From Propionibacteriales bacterium (lineage in GTDB: Bacteria > Actinomycetota > Actinomycetes > Propionibacteriales > Nocardioidaceae): a stretch of DNA of 14,995 nucleotides. The stretch lies in NCBI GenBank assembly GCA_009379735.1, contig WHTB01000081.1:1-14995 (forward strand). The letters run 5' to 3'. Under the pieces are notes generated by a model. It did not search any database and was not told the origin of the DNA. It saw nothing but the letters and a program-made list of their open reading frames with translations. Numbering within the stretch: position 1 is the first letter of the stretch; every line of letters starts with the position of its first letter. Shown here piece after piece: positions 1 through 7,889 of this stretch. The translations under genes and the position numbers were made by a program.

Positions 1-1
1 C

Positions 2-1237
2 ACCGCGTTCGTCGTCGAGGCCGACTCGGCCGGCATCACGGTCGAGAACCGCAACGCCTTCCTGGGCCTGCGCGGCATCGAGAACGGCGTGACCCGCTTC
101 CACCAGGTGCGGGTGCCGGCCGAGAACCGCCTCGGGCGCGAGGGGCAGGGACTCAAGATCGCCCTGACCACGCTCAACACCGGTCGCCTGTCCATCCCGG
201 CCCTGTGCACGGCGGGCGGCAAGTGGTGCCTCAAGATCGCCCGCGAGTGGTCGGCCGCGCGGGTCCAGTGGGGTCGCCCGGTCGGCGAGCACGCGGCGGT
301 GGCGCAGAAGATCTCGTTCATCGCGGCGACCACGTTCGGGCTGGAGGCGGTGCTCGACCTGTCCGCCCAGCTGGCCGACGCCGGCACCAAGGACATCAGG
401 ATCGAGGCGGCGCTGGCGAAGCTGTGGGCGAGCGAGATGGCGTGGGTCATCGCGGACGAGCTGGTGCAGATCCGCGGCGGACGCGGCTATGAGACCGCCG
501 ACTCGCTGGCTGCTCGCGGCGAGCGTGCGGTGCCCGCCGAGCAGGTGCTCCGCGACCTGCGGATCAACCGGATCTTCGAGGGCTCATCCGAGATCATGCG
601 CCTGCTGATCGCCCGGGAGGCGGTGGACGCCCATCTGGCCGCCGCCGGCGACCTCGCGTCCGCCGACGCCGACCTGCAGCAGAAGGCGAAGGCGGCGGTC
701 AAGGCCAGCGGCTTCTACGCCAAGTGGCTGCCGCACCTGGTCGCGGGCAAGGGTGCGGTGCCGACGTCGTACTCCGAGTTCGGCCCGCTGGCCAAGCATC
801 TGCGCTACGTCGAGCGCTCGTCGCGCAAGCTGGCCCGGCAGACGTTCTACGGGATGAGCCGGTGGCAGGCCAAGCTTGAGTACCGGCAGGGCTTCCTCGG
901 CCGGATCGTCGACATCGGCGCCGAGCTGTTCGCGATGGCGGCCGCGTGCTCGCGAGCCGAGATGCTGCGGTCCGACGACCCCGACCAGGGCGCGGCCGCG
1001 TACGAGCTCGCCGAGGTGTTCTGCGCGCAGGCCCGGCTCCGGGTCGACGCGCTGTTCGGGCGGCTCTGGGACAACACCGACGACGTCGACCAACGGCTCG
1101 CCGGCCGGGTGCTGTCCGGCGAGCTCAGCTGGCTCGAGGCCGGCGTCGTCGACCCGTCGGAGGACACCGGGCCGTGGATCGCCGAGTGGACTCCGGGCGC
1201 AGCGCAGACCGAGAACGTCGCCCGCCGCTACCGCTGA
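2..1237 (+). CDS. acyl-CoA dehydrogenase, long FadE-type with C-terminal extension (5'-partial, continues upstream of the window)
   Basis: The frame is open from the window edge (codons from nt 2) to TGA at 1235-1237. The translation carries ACAD hallmarks (EGQGLKIALTTLNTGR; IRGGRGYETA...LRDLRINRIFEGSSEIMRLLIARE) followed by a roughly 200-aa C-terminal extension, as in long FadE-like enzymes. GC3 bias is strong. Confidence 0.85.
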   Translation, partial: TAFVVEADSAGITVENRNAFLGLRGIENGVTRFHQVRVPAENRLGREGQGLKIALTTLNTGRLSIPALCTAGGKWCLKIAREWSAARVQWGRPVGEHAAVAQKISFIAATTFGLEAVLDLSAQLADAGTKDIRIEAALAKLWASEMAWVIADELVQIRGGRGYETADSLAARGERAVPAEQVLRDLRINRIFEGSSEIMRLLIAREAVDAHLAAAGDLASADADLQQKAKAAVKASGFYAKWLPHLVAGKGAVPTSYSEFGPLAKHLRYVERSSRKLARQTFYGMSRWQAKLEYRQGFLGRIVDIGAELFAMAAACSRAEMLRSDDPDQGAAAYELAEVFCAQARLRVDALFGRLWDNTDDVDQRLAGRVLSGELSWLEAGVVDPSEDTGPWIAEWTPGAAQTENVARRYR

Positions 1238-1322
1238 CCGGCGCCCGCCGGGACCGGCTGTCAGCACGTCGTGAGGCTCGGCTCGCCGGCAGGGCACTGA
1301 CAACGCACCCGGTGGCCCACCG

Positions 1323-2173
1323 ATGTGGTTGCCTTGCGGAGTGGACGCTCTCGGGCTGGTCGCCACCTCGACCGTCGTCGCCGCGATCATCGGCGCCATT
1401 GCCGGTTATGTCTCACAGCGCGCGTTGGCCGGCCGCCAGGCCCGGCTCAGCTATGAGTACAACGCCCGGCAGCGGCTGTACGAAGCCGTCGGTCCGCTCC
1501 GCTTCCAGCTCCTGATGGCCTGCCACGACGTGGTCCGGCGGGTGTCCGGCCACCCGCTCGACCGCACCCGGTCCATCGACCCGATGCAGTATTACGGAAG
1601 CAGCACGTTGTTCCGGCTGCTGCGGCCGCTCGCCGTCTGCATCCTGGTCCAGCGGCGGATGAACGCGTCGGACTTCTCCGTCGACCCCAGCAGCGTCAAG
1701 CTCCTGCAGTTCGAGGTCGGGGCCTACCGCATGCTGACCAGCAGCGACCCCTCCCGTACCACTCCGCCCTGGACTGGGCGAACGAGACCCAGCACGTGTT
1801 CCGTGACAACCTGCGGCGCGCCGCGGTGAGCCTCATCGCGACCGACGGCGACGGCCGCTCCTATGTCATCGACTACGCCGAGTTCCTCACCAGGTTTCCC
1901 GACCCATGCGCCGACGCCGCGCTCGCGCCGCTGGCCGACATCATGCGGGAGGCGCACTCGTCGATGACAGCTAACCCGGTGTTCTGGGTACGAGTCGTCG
2001 GGTACGCGTACCTCTGTCAGAAGTTCCTCGAGGCCAACGGCGAGGACCTCGGCTTCTCCCACCGCGAGATGGTGGTCCCCGCACTCCTTGCCGCGGCCGA
2101 CGACGCCGACATCCAGTCCAACGCGGCCGGCCAGCAGCGCATCTTCGACACGATCACCGACGAAGGACTGTAG
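1323..2173 (+). CDS. hypothetical protein with an N-terminal TM helix; apparently interrupted by a 1-nt frameshift at the C4 run 1748-1751 (track ORFs 1323..1829 and 1796..2173 are its two halves)
   Basis: Frame 0 reads protein-like sequence (..SYEYNARQRLYEAVGPLRFQLLMACHDVV..VKLLQFEVGAYRMLTSSDP) up to about 1751, then turns R/T/P/S-rich nonsense. The next frame (phase 2 of the window, one base behind) reads protein-like sequence from exactly that point (LPYHSALDWANETQHVFRDNLRR...IFDTITDEGL*) with high GC3. Adding one C to the cccc run at 1748-1751 fuses the two halves into about 283 aa. I recognise no known domain. Confidence 0.45.
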
Positions 2174-2211
2174 GCGGCGAGCCGTCGTCGACCCGACCGA
2201 GAGGCTCTGTG

Positions 2212-3612
2212 ATGGCTGTCCAGGTGGAACGCCGGACCATCGACGTGATCCCGGACCGTGAGCGGCACGGGTTGCCCCGCAACCAGTTCACCTTGTGGTT
2301 CGGCGCGAACATGCAGATCACCGCGATCGTCGACGGTGCGCTCGCCGTCGTGTTCGGCGCGGACGCGCTGTGGGCGATCATCGGGTTGCTGATCGGCAAT
2401 GTCGCCGGTGGCGTCGTGATGGCTCTGCACTCCGCGCAGGGCCCACGGATGGGCATCCCGCAGATGATCTCCAGCCGGGCGCAGTTCGGCGTGTACGGGG
2501 CGTGCATCCCGCTGGTGCTCACAGTCTTGATGTACCTCGGGTTCGCCGCCACCGGCACCGTGCTCTCCGGGCAGGCGATCAACGAGATCGTCAACGCCGA
2601 CGCACCGGTGGTCGGCATCGTGATCTTCGGTGTGCTGACCCTGCTGGTCGCTACCGTCGGTTACCGGCTGATCCACCTGCTGGGGCGGGTCGCCACGGTG
2701 GTCGGCGCCGTCGGCTTCACGTACCTCGCGATCCAGCTGTTCGCGGAGTACGACGTCGGCGCCCTGCTCGGCGCCAAGCCCTTCGACATCGTGACGTTCC
2801 TGCTGGCGATCTCGCTCGGCGCCGGGTGGCAGCTGACGTTCGGGCCGTACGTCGCGGACTACTCGCGCTACCTGCCCCGGGACACGACCGAGACCAGCAC
2901 CTTCGTCGGGACGTTCCTCGGCAGCGTGATCGGGTCGCAGTGGTCGATGACGATGGGCGCGCTCGTCGCGGCGGCCGTCGGTGACGAGTTCCTCGCGTCC
3001 CAGGTCACCTTCATCGGTGACCTGGCCGGTGGCGGCGTGGTCGCGGTGCTGATCTACCTGGTCATCGTCACCGGCAAGCTGGCAGTGAACTGCCTCAACG
3101 CGTATGGCGGCTTCATGACCATGCTGACGACGGCGACCGCGTTCACCCGCAGCTACCGGGTCTCGTCGGCCGTGCGGGTGGCCTTCATCTTCGGCTTCAT
3201 CCTGGTGTCGGTGCTGATCGCCCTGCTCGCGTCCGCGGACTTCCTGAACCGGTTCCGGGACTTCGTACTGCTGATCCTGATGGCGTTCACGCCGTGGAGC
3301 GCGATCAACCTGACCGACTACTACCTGATCTCCAAGGAGCGCGTCGACGTACCCGCGCTGTATGACCCGGACGCACGGTATGGCCGGTGGAATGTCACCG
3401 CACTCACCTGCTACGCGGTCGGCATCGCGGTCCAGATTCCGTTCCTCGCCCAGAGCCTCTACACCGGCCCGCTGACCGAGGCGCTCGGTGGCGCCGACAT
3501 CTCCTGGATGGTCGGCCTGGTGGTGACCGGGGTCCTCTACTACGTGTGGGCGAAGCGGACCTCCCACCCGCCGGACCGCATCATCTACCCTGCCGAGGCA
3601 CACGGTGTCTGA
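2212..3612 (+). CDS. NCS1-family nucleobase permease (purine-cytosine / cytosine permease-like), about 12 TM
   Basis: A 467-aa ORF with GAGAGG 6-9 nt upstream of ATG 2212 (a GTG at 2209 also lies in frame). The translation is a polytopic membrane protein with purine-cytosine permease-like motifs (NQFTLWFGANMQI..., ..QWSMTMGALVAA..). The long antisense ORF 2017..3699 is a GC artefact. Confidence 0.85.
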   Translation: MAVQVERRTIDVIPDRERHGLPRNQFTLWFGANMQITAIVDGALAVVFGADALWAIIGLLIGNVAGGVVMALHSAQGPRMGIPQMISSRAQFGVYGACIPLVLTVLMYLGFAATGTVLSGQAINEIVNADAPVVGIVIFGVLTLLVATVGYRLIHLLGRVATVVGAVGFTYLAIQLFAEYDVGALLGAKPFDIVTFLLAISLGAGWQLTFGPYVADYSRYLPRDTTETSTFVGTFLGSVIGSQWSMTMGALVAAAVGDEFLASQVTFIGDLAGGGVVAVLIYLVIVTGKLAVNCLNAYGGFMTMLTTATAFTRSYRVSSAVRVAFIFGFILVSVLIALLASADFLNRFRDFVLLILMAFTPWSAINLTDYYLISKERVDVPALYDPDARYGRWNVTALTCYAVGIAVQIPFLAQSLYTGPLTEALGGADISWMVGLVVTGVLYYVWAKRTSHPPDRIIYPAEAHGV

Positions 3613-3674
3613 CCAGCCGCGACGCCGTCGGTCGCTCGGTCTGAATCCTTCACTCTCCGTGCAATGCTGGACAT

Positions 3675-4526
3675 GTGGTAACGCAGGAGAAGCGTTCAAC
3701 CGCGCATGGTGAGGGCACCACCGACTCGACGGTTGACGACTCCGGCCTGAACGACGGAGGGATGCCGCGACAGTGGCGGTGGCTGCTGCCGCTGGCCGTT
3801 GGCGCCTCGACCGCGGCGTGGGTGGCCGGCGTGACCTCCGGGCTGACCCACGGCCCGACCCGGATCCTGCTGATGGTGGCCGGGGCCGTCTTCACCGCGA
3901 CCGCGGCCGGAGTGCCGTTGTGGCAGCAGGGGCGGGCGGCACGCGCCCGGGCCGACGCAGTCGCTGCGGCGCAGAGCGCCCGCGCCGCCATGCGGATCGC
4001 GATCGAGGACGCCCTCGACCCATTCAGCGGTCTGCTGCTGCAGCTCGCGACCGCCAGGGCCGCCGACAAGGCCCGGCTGCGCGGCGAGGCGATCCAGCTC
4101 GCCCTGACCACGGTCGCGCAGCTGAGCGGTCTCGGCGCGCCGGGCGGCCCATCTCGGCGGCTACGGGTGTGCTATTTCGCGCTCGACCCCGGCCCGCCGC
4201 GCCGACTGGTGCCGCAGTCGTACGCCGGCCGTTCCGGCGCCCCGACCACGACGTTCGACGACAGCAGTCGCGCGGGGCAGTTCCTCCTGCGGGTCGCCGA
4301 TGACGGGTGGCTGGTCGTTGTCGATGTCGACCGTCGTCCCACCAGGGTCTGGTGGGACGAGCAGCACGCCTACCGGACCTTTGCGGCCGGCCCGGTGCCG
4401 GGGCCTGACGGTGGCGCGGTCGGCCTGCTCACCGTCGACGGACTCGTTCCCGGCGATCTCGACGCTCTCGACCTGCCCCTCGTCCACTTGCTGGCACGGT
4501 TGCTCTCGCTCGCCCTCCGGCTCTGA
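3675..4526 (+). CDS. hypothetical membrane-anchored protein: two N-terminal TM helices, an Ala-rich helix, then a GAF-like C-terminal domain
   Basis: A 283-aa ORF (GTG 3675; alternative ATG 3762 at MPRQWRW) with high GC3. Hydrophobic segments are WRWLLPLAVGASTAAWVAGV and ILLMVAGAVFTATAAGV. The C-terminal part has a GAF-like pattern (RVCYFALD...GWLVVVDVD...AVGLLTVDG...DLDALDLPLVHLLARLLSLAL). There is no output domain. Confidence 0.55.
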   Translation: MVTQEKRSTAHGEGTTDSTVDDSGLNDGGMPRQWRWLLPLAVGASTAAWVAGVTSGLTHGPTRILLMVAGAVFTATAAGVPLWQQGRAARARADAVAAAQSARAAMRIAIEDALDPFSGLLLQLATARAADKARLRGEAIQLALTTVAQLSGLGAPGGPSRRLRVCYFALDPGPPRRLVPQSYAGRSGAPTTTFDDSSRAGQFLLRVADDGWLVVVDVDRRPTRVWWDEQHAYRTFAAGPVPGPDGGAVGLLTVDGLVPGDLDALDLPLVHLLARLLSLALRL

Positions 4527-4544
4527 TTCCCACCCAGCCGTTGA

Positions 4545-4588
4545 CCCACCCGCTCAGCGTTGGTTCACTGGCAGTCTGAGCGGTGGGG
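4545..4588 (+). terminator. GC-rich imperfect hairpin (CCCACCCGCTCAG ... CTGAGCGGTGGGG) downstream of the GAF-like gene, with no U-tract
   Basis: Inverted repeat with about 12-bp arms and one offset, 18-nt loop, 19 nt after the stop at 4524-4526. It is followed by GGAGGTGA (4601-4608), the RBS of the next gene. Confidence 0.3.
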
Positions 4589-4617
4589 TACGCCGGTGCC
4601 GGAGGTGAGCGGACCAG

Positions 4618-4818
4618 ATGGACAGCACGCAGGTCAGCGCCCACGACCCACGGGTCGTCGCCATCCTCACCAACCCCGACGACTACTTCAGCAAGGCGAG
4701 CAGACGGGCTTGGGCCAAGGCGCGGGCTGACATCGCCGCCGAGGTCAACCGCCGCGCGCGCCAGCGCAGCAACAACAACCGGCACGAGGACAAGCCACCC
4801 AGCGTCGAGACGTGGTGA
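4618..4818 (+). CDS. small basic hypothetical protein (66 aa)
   Basis: ATG 4618 is preceded by GGAGGTGA 10 nt upstream and ends at TGA 4816-4818. GC3 is strongly biased although the composition includes an NNN run (MDSTQVSAHDPRVVAILTNPDDYFSKASRRAWAKARADIAAEVNRRARQRSNNNRHEDKPPSVETW). I recognise no family. Confidence 0.6.
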   Translation: MDSTQVSAHDPRVVAILTNPDDYFSKASRRAWAKARADIAAEVNRRARQRSNNNRHEDKPPSVETW

Positions 4819-4913
4819 CATCACCACCTCGCGATGGGGGCGTCCACTCTTCCCATCCCGAATGGCTCTTCCCGTCTCGAACGCCGCCCGCAAACCGGAT
4901 ATGTCCGGCATCT

Positions 4914-4944
4914 GGGGGGGCACTCACGACGGGAGGTGCCCCCA
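4914..4944. other. stable GC hairpin inside a 290-bp noncoding spacer (GGGGGCAC - 12 nt loop containing ACGA - GTGCCCCC)
   Basis: An 8-bp perfect stem (4916-4923 / 4936-4943) sits inside the G7 and C5 runs. The surrounding 4819-5108 region has no GC3-biased frame, so it is noncoding. Confidence 0.3.
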
Positions 4945-5108
4945 CGGGCCGCGGCGGGTCGACCTGTCCCGGGTATGAGGGGCGCCCACCTGACGCGAAG
5001 ATCCCCACCAGAGCACGAGCCGCACCGGCACCCGAACCTTCGCGCTCCACCTAGCGCCGCCAGCCCCGATGCTCGGCGCGAGCAGTGGCGATACGGCAGG
5101 GTGGGTGT

Positions 5109-5516
5109 ATGTCTTCTGGCACGGTCGCGCTCAAGGTTGCCGCGGTGGTCCTTGCGATCAGCTCCGCGCTGCACAACGCCGACCACTTCCGCCGGGGTAC
5201 GGACAGCGTGTCGACCGAGCTGCTGTGGGCGGGGTACGCCGGGATGGGTTGGACGATCGTCACCGTCGTGCTGATCTTGATCGGGCACCGGTGGGCACCG
5301 GTCGTCGCCGTGTCGGCGGGGCTCGCCCTGGCCGTCGGGTTCGCCGCCGCCCATTGGTTGCCGACCTGGAGCGTGTTCAGCGACTCGTTCGTCGAGGGCG
5401 GTGCCAGCGTCGTCTCGCAGGCGGCATCCCTGGCCGAGATCGTCGGCGCCCTCGGCGTCGCGGCAGCCGGCGTCTACGCCCTGCGCACCGAACGGGCACC
5501 GTTACCGGATCACTGA
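5109..5516 (+). CDS. hypothetical small integral membrane protein (about 4 TM, several His)
   Basis: ATG 5109 (MSSGTVALKVAAVVLAISSALHNADHF...) in track ORF 5085..5516, with four hydrophobic spans. Its 3' end overlaps the convergent kdgK 3' end by 15 nt. Confidence 0.55.
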   Translation: MSSGTVALKVAAVVLAISSALHNADHFRRGTDSVSTELLWAGYAGMGWTIVTVVLILIGHRWAPVVAVSAGLALAVGFAAAHWLPTWSVFSDSFVEGGASVVSQAASLAEIVGALGVAAAGVYALRTERAPLPDH

Positions 5517-6446
5517 ACCGTCGGGGGAAGCCAGCAGGTCGAGCTCGTCGCGGGTGGGCAGGCCTTCCCAGTCACCGACACCGGCGACCGCGAACGCGCC
5601 GACGGCCACGCCCCGCGCCAGCCGCTCGGCCGGCGCCAGACCGTCCAGGGTCGCGGAGAGGTAGCCGGCCACGAACGCGTCGCCCGCGCCGACCGGGTCG
5701 ACGGCCTCGACCGGACGCGCCGGCTGTGCCGTCGTGCCGTCCGACCGATAGAGCGTCGCGCCGTCGGCGCCTTGCTTGACGACCACCTCCGCGACTCCCT
5801 GGGAGAGTAGCTCACGTGCCTGCGCGTCGACCGGGGCCGAGGGATCTGCGGCGACCAGGGCGATCTCCTCCTCGGAGCCGACGAGGATGTCGACATCGTC
5901 GACCAGCGGCTGGAGCACTGCTCGGGCACGGTCGGCCGGCCACAGCCGACGACGGTGGTTGATGTCGAGGCAGACGGTCGTGCCCGCGGCGCGCGCCGTC
6001 CGGACTGCGTGCAGGACCGCCTCCCGGCAGCTGTCGCTCAGCGCTGTCGTGATGCCGGTGACGTGCAGGATCCTCGGAGCCGGGTCCCAGGCACGGTCGA
6101 CGTCGGTGGCGGAGAGCTCCGTACCCGCCGATGATTTTCGGTGGTAGTCGACCCGGGACACTCCGGGCAGACGACGCTCGAAGAGCACGATCCCGGTGGC
6201 CGATCCGGACCGGCGAAGCGCGGAGATATCCACGCCTTCGGCCTGCAGCGTACGGACCGCGAGCGCACCGAGCTGGTCGTCGCCGACGACGCCGACGTAC
6301 CGGGCCAGATGCCCCAGGCGGGCGAGTCCGATGGAGACGTTGGCCTCGGCACCGGCGACGGAGAGGCCGAGTCGGCCGGCCGTCCGGACCGGCCCGTCGG
6401 CCCGCAATGACGCCAGCACCTCGCCCAGCGTGAGGAGGTCAACCAC
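5502..6446 (-). CDS. kdgK: PfkB-family sugar kinase, most likely 2-dehydro-3-deoxygluconokinase
   Basis: The track ORF 5502..6566 carries a PfkB signature (DPVGAGDAFVAGYL). The true start is most likely GTG at 6446-6444 (VDLLTLGEVLASL...), with GGGAGGAAGG 6 nt upstream. The 40 codons upstream of it are not kinase-like. The GTG overlaps the TGA of eda (GTGGTTGA), the classic coupled KDG-pathway pair. Confidence 0.85.
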   Translation of the reverse strand: MVDLLTLGEVLASLRADGPVRTAGRLGLSVAGAEANVSIGLARLGHLARYVGVVGDDQLGALAVRTLQAEGVDISALRRSGSATGIVLFERRLPGVSRVDYHRKSSAGTELSATDVDRAWDPAPRILHVTGITTALSDSCREAVLHAVRTARAAGTTVCLDINHRRRLWPADRARAVLQPLVDDVDILVGSEEEIALVAADPSAPVDAQARELLSQGVAEVVVKQGADGATLYRSDGTTAQPARPVEAVDPVGAGDAFVAGYLSATLDGLAPAERLARGVAVGAFAVAGVGDWEGLPTRDELDLLASPDGSVIR

Positions 6447-7080
6447 CGCCGTGGCCTTCCTCCCAGGCAGTGACCAGCGACCGGGCGCGGTCCGCGACGA
6501 CGGCCCAGTCGCCCGCCTCGACGACCGCCTCCTCGACCAGACTGCTGCCGACGCCGACCCCCACACACCCCAGTGCGGCGTACGCGCGCGCGTCGTCTGC
6601 GCCCACTCCGCCCGTCGGCACCAGCGGGATGTCGGGCAACGGCTCGCGCAGCGCCGCGATGTAGGCCGGGCCGCCGACCGGACCGACCGGGAACACCTTC
6701 ACGGCGGTCGCGCCCTCGGCGTACGCCCGCTCGATCTCGGTCGGCGTCAGGGCACCGCAGATGACCGGCACGGCGGTCTCGCGAGCGACCGTCAGCACCT
6801 CGGTGCAGACGGCCGGGGTGACCAGGAACGTCGCGCCTGCCTCGACGGCGCGGCGGGCGCCCTCGGCATCCCGGACGGTGCCGACGCCGACCTCGACACC
6901 CGTGCCGACGAGGTCACGCCACCGGGCCACGGCGTCCAGGGAGCCCGGGGTCGGCAGCGTGACCTCGAGGCTGCGCACGCCGCCGTCGAGCAGGCTGCCG
7001 AGCAGCTCGTCGCTCGGTCGGAGGGAGCGCAGCCGGATGATCGCGACGACGCCGGGTCCCGCCAGGTCGATCCCCTGCAC
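6439..7080 (-). CDS. eda: 2-dehydro-3-deoxyphosphogluconate / 4-hydroxy-2-oxoglutarate aldolase
   Basis: A 213-aa TIM-barrel aldolase pattern (..VKVFPVGPVGG.., GVGADDARAYAALGCVGVGVGSSL). GTG start 7080 with GGGAGGG upstream. The stop is translationally coupled to kdgK. Confidence 0.85.
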   Translation of the reverse strand: MQGIDLAGPGVVAIIRLRSLRPSDELLGSLLDGGVRSLEVTLPTPGSLDAVARWRDLVGTGVEVGVGTVRDAEGARRAVEAGATFLVTPAVCTEVLTVARETAVPVICGALTPTEIERAYAEGATAVKVFPVGPVGGPAYIAALREPLPDIPLVPTGGVGADDARAYAALGCVGVGVGSSLVEEAVVEAGDWAVVADRARSLVTAWEEGHGGG

Positions 7081-7149
7081 GCGCCCTCCCTACACTCGAC
7101 GGCTCGCCGGGACTCTACCGCTGAGGGCGGCCGGGCCGTCCGGTCAGGC

Positions 7150-7749
7150 TCAGGGCGCGGACGCCGCCAGCCTGGAGCTCAGGCGCTCCCGAACGGCCGG
7201 CCACTCGTCGGCCAGGATCGAGAACACGGCCGAGTCGCGGAACGTGCCGTCGGCGCGTCGCTTGTGCCGGCGCAGCACACCCTCCCGGGAGGCGCCCATC
7301 TTTTCGATCGCCGCCTGCATCCGGGTGTTGAGCAGGTCGGTCTGCAGCATCACCCGGCCGAACTCGCAGTCTTCGAAGGCATGTCCGAGCAGCGCCAGGT
7401 TGGTGGCGGCGTTCACCGGCGTGCCCCACACCGACGGTGAGTACGCCGCGCCGCCGAGCATGCACCGCTCGTTGGTCAGGTCGACGTCGAGCAGGCTCGC
7501 GGTGCCGACCAGGTCGCCGCTGCCGGCGGCACGGACCGCGTAGGCGACACCGGCGGCGATCAGGCCGTCGACCACGGCTCGCATGCCTGCCGGCTGGTCG
7601 GGTCGGGCTGCCGGCCCGCCGCCCCAGCCGCCGTCCCAGACCCGCTCGTCGTCGAAGGCCGCGAAGAGTCCGGCGGAGTCGTCGGGCTGCAGCGGCTCGA
7701 GCCAGACCGCGTCATTGCTGAGGCTGCGCTTGTCGGGCGTCGTCGTCAT
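7150..7749 (-). CDS. GNAT-family N-acetyltransferase (RimJ/RimL-like)
   Basis: Acetyltransf_3-like N-terminus (LEPLQPDDSAGLFAAFDDERVW) and a GNAT core. I prefer ATG 7749 (MTTTPDKR) over the upstream GTG 7764 because a TACAAT -10 sits 6 nt upstream of the ATG. Confidence 0.8.
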   Translation of the reverse strand: MTTTPDKRSLSNDAVWLEPLQPDDSAGLFAAFDDERVWDGGWGGGPAARPDQPAGMRAVVDGLIAAGVAYAVRAAGSGDLVGTASLLDVDLTNERCMLGGAAYSPSVWGTPVNAATNLALLGHAFEDCEFGRVMLQTDLLNTRMQAAIEKMGASREGVLRRHKRRADGTFRDSAVFSILADEWPAVRERLSSRLAASAP

Positions 7750-7755
7750 CGCGAG

Positions 7756-7761
7756 ATTGTA
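7756..7761 (-). promoter_or_regulatory. candidate -10 hexamer TACAAT placing the TSS at the GNAT ATG (leaderless mRNA)
   Basis: Minus strand reads gtgTACAATctcgcgATG, with no Shine-Dalgarno between the -10 and the ATG. Confidence 0.3.
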
Positions 7762-7818
7762 CACCGTATACCAGGTGGCCTTCCTGAACGGCGCGGGTCC
7801 GTGCCCTCAGACCGTCCG

Positions 7819-7850
7819 TGCATTCTGGGAACACGTGTTCCCAGAATGCA
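7819..7850. promoter_or_regulatory. perfect 32-bp palindrome TGCATTCTGGGAACAC|GTGTTCCCAGAATGCA (GAAC-N4-GTTC core, CACGTG centre): candidate operator between the divergent GNAT and DUF1232 genes
   Basis: I checked the reverse complement base by base and it is exact over 32 bp. The element lies in a locally lower-GC divergent promoter region, 70 bp from the GNAT start and 102 bp from the DUF1232 start. Confidence 0.5.
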
Positions 7851-7870
7851 GAGACCCGGGCCGTGTCCCA

Positions 7871-7889
7871 TGCAATCTGGGAACACGTG
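7871..7889 (+). promoter_or_regulatory. third, direct-repeat copy of the palindrome half-site (TGCAaTCTGGGAACACGTG, 18/19 identical), bracketed by a 9-bp inverted repeat CCCGGGCCG (7855-7863) / CGGCCCGGG (7898-7906)
   Basis: It is offset 52 bp (about 5 helical turns) from the first half-site. The flanking inverted repeat is perfect. Confidence 0.35.

Noticed and set aside
2017-3699. Very long antisense ORFs (for example 2017..3699 -, 584..1399 -, 6196..7440 +, 9962..11557 +, 11394..12998 +) opposite well-supported genes
   Set aside because: These are typical high-GC artefacts. The translations are R/G/D/H/P-rich and low-complexity, they lack GC3 bias in their own frame, and the opposite strand carries recognisable conserved proteins.
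4914-4944. Guanidine-II (mini-ykkC)-like riboswitch hairpin, because the loop contains ACGA and a small 4TM protein gene lies downstream
   Set aside because: Only one hairpin is present where the class needs two. The loop is 12 nt rather than an ACGR tetraloop. The downstream protein lacks SMR/Gdx features.
6447-6566. The 40-codon N-terminal extension of the kdgK ORF as called by the track
   Set aside because: The sequence upstream of GTG 6446 is the 3' end of eda in another frame. A kinase-like N-terminus (VDLLTLGE) and a strong RBS begin at 6446.
7827-7842. Reading GGGAAC inside the palindrome as an ECF/SigH-type -35 element (GGAAC-N16-19-GTT/CGTC)
   Set aside because: No GTT or CGTC -10 element lies at 16-19 bp on either strand for any of the three copies.
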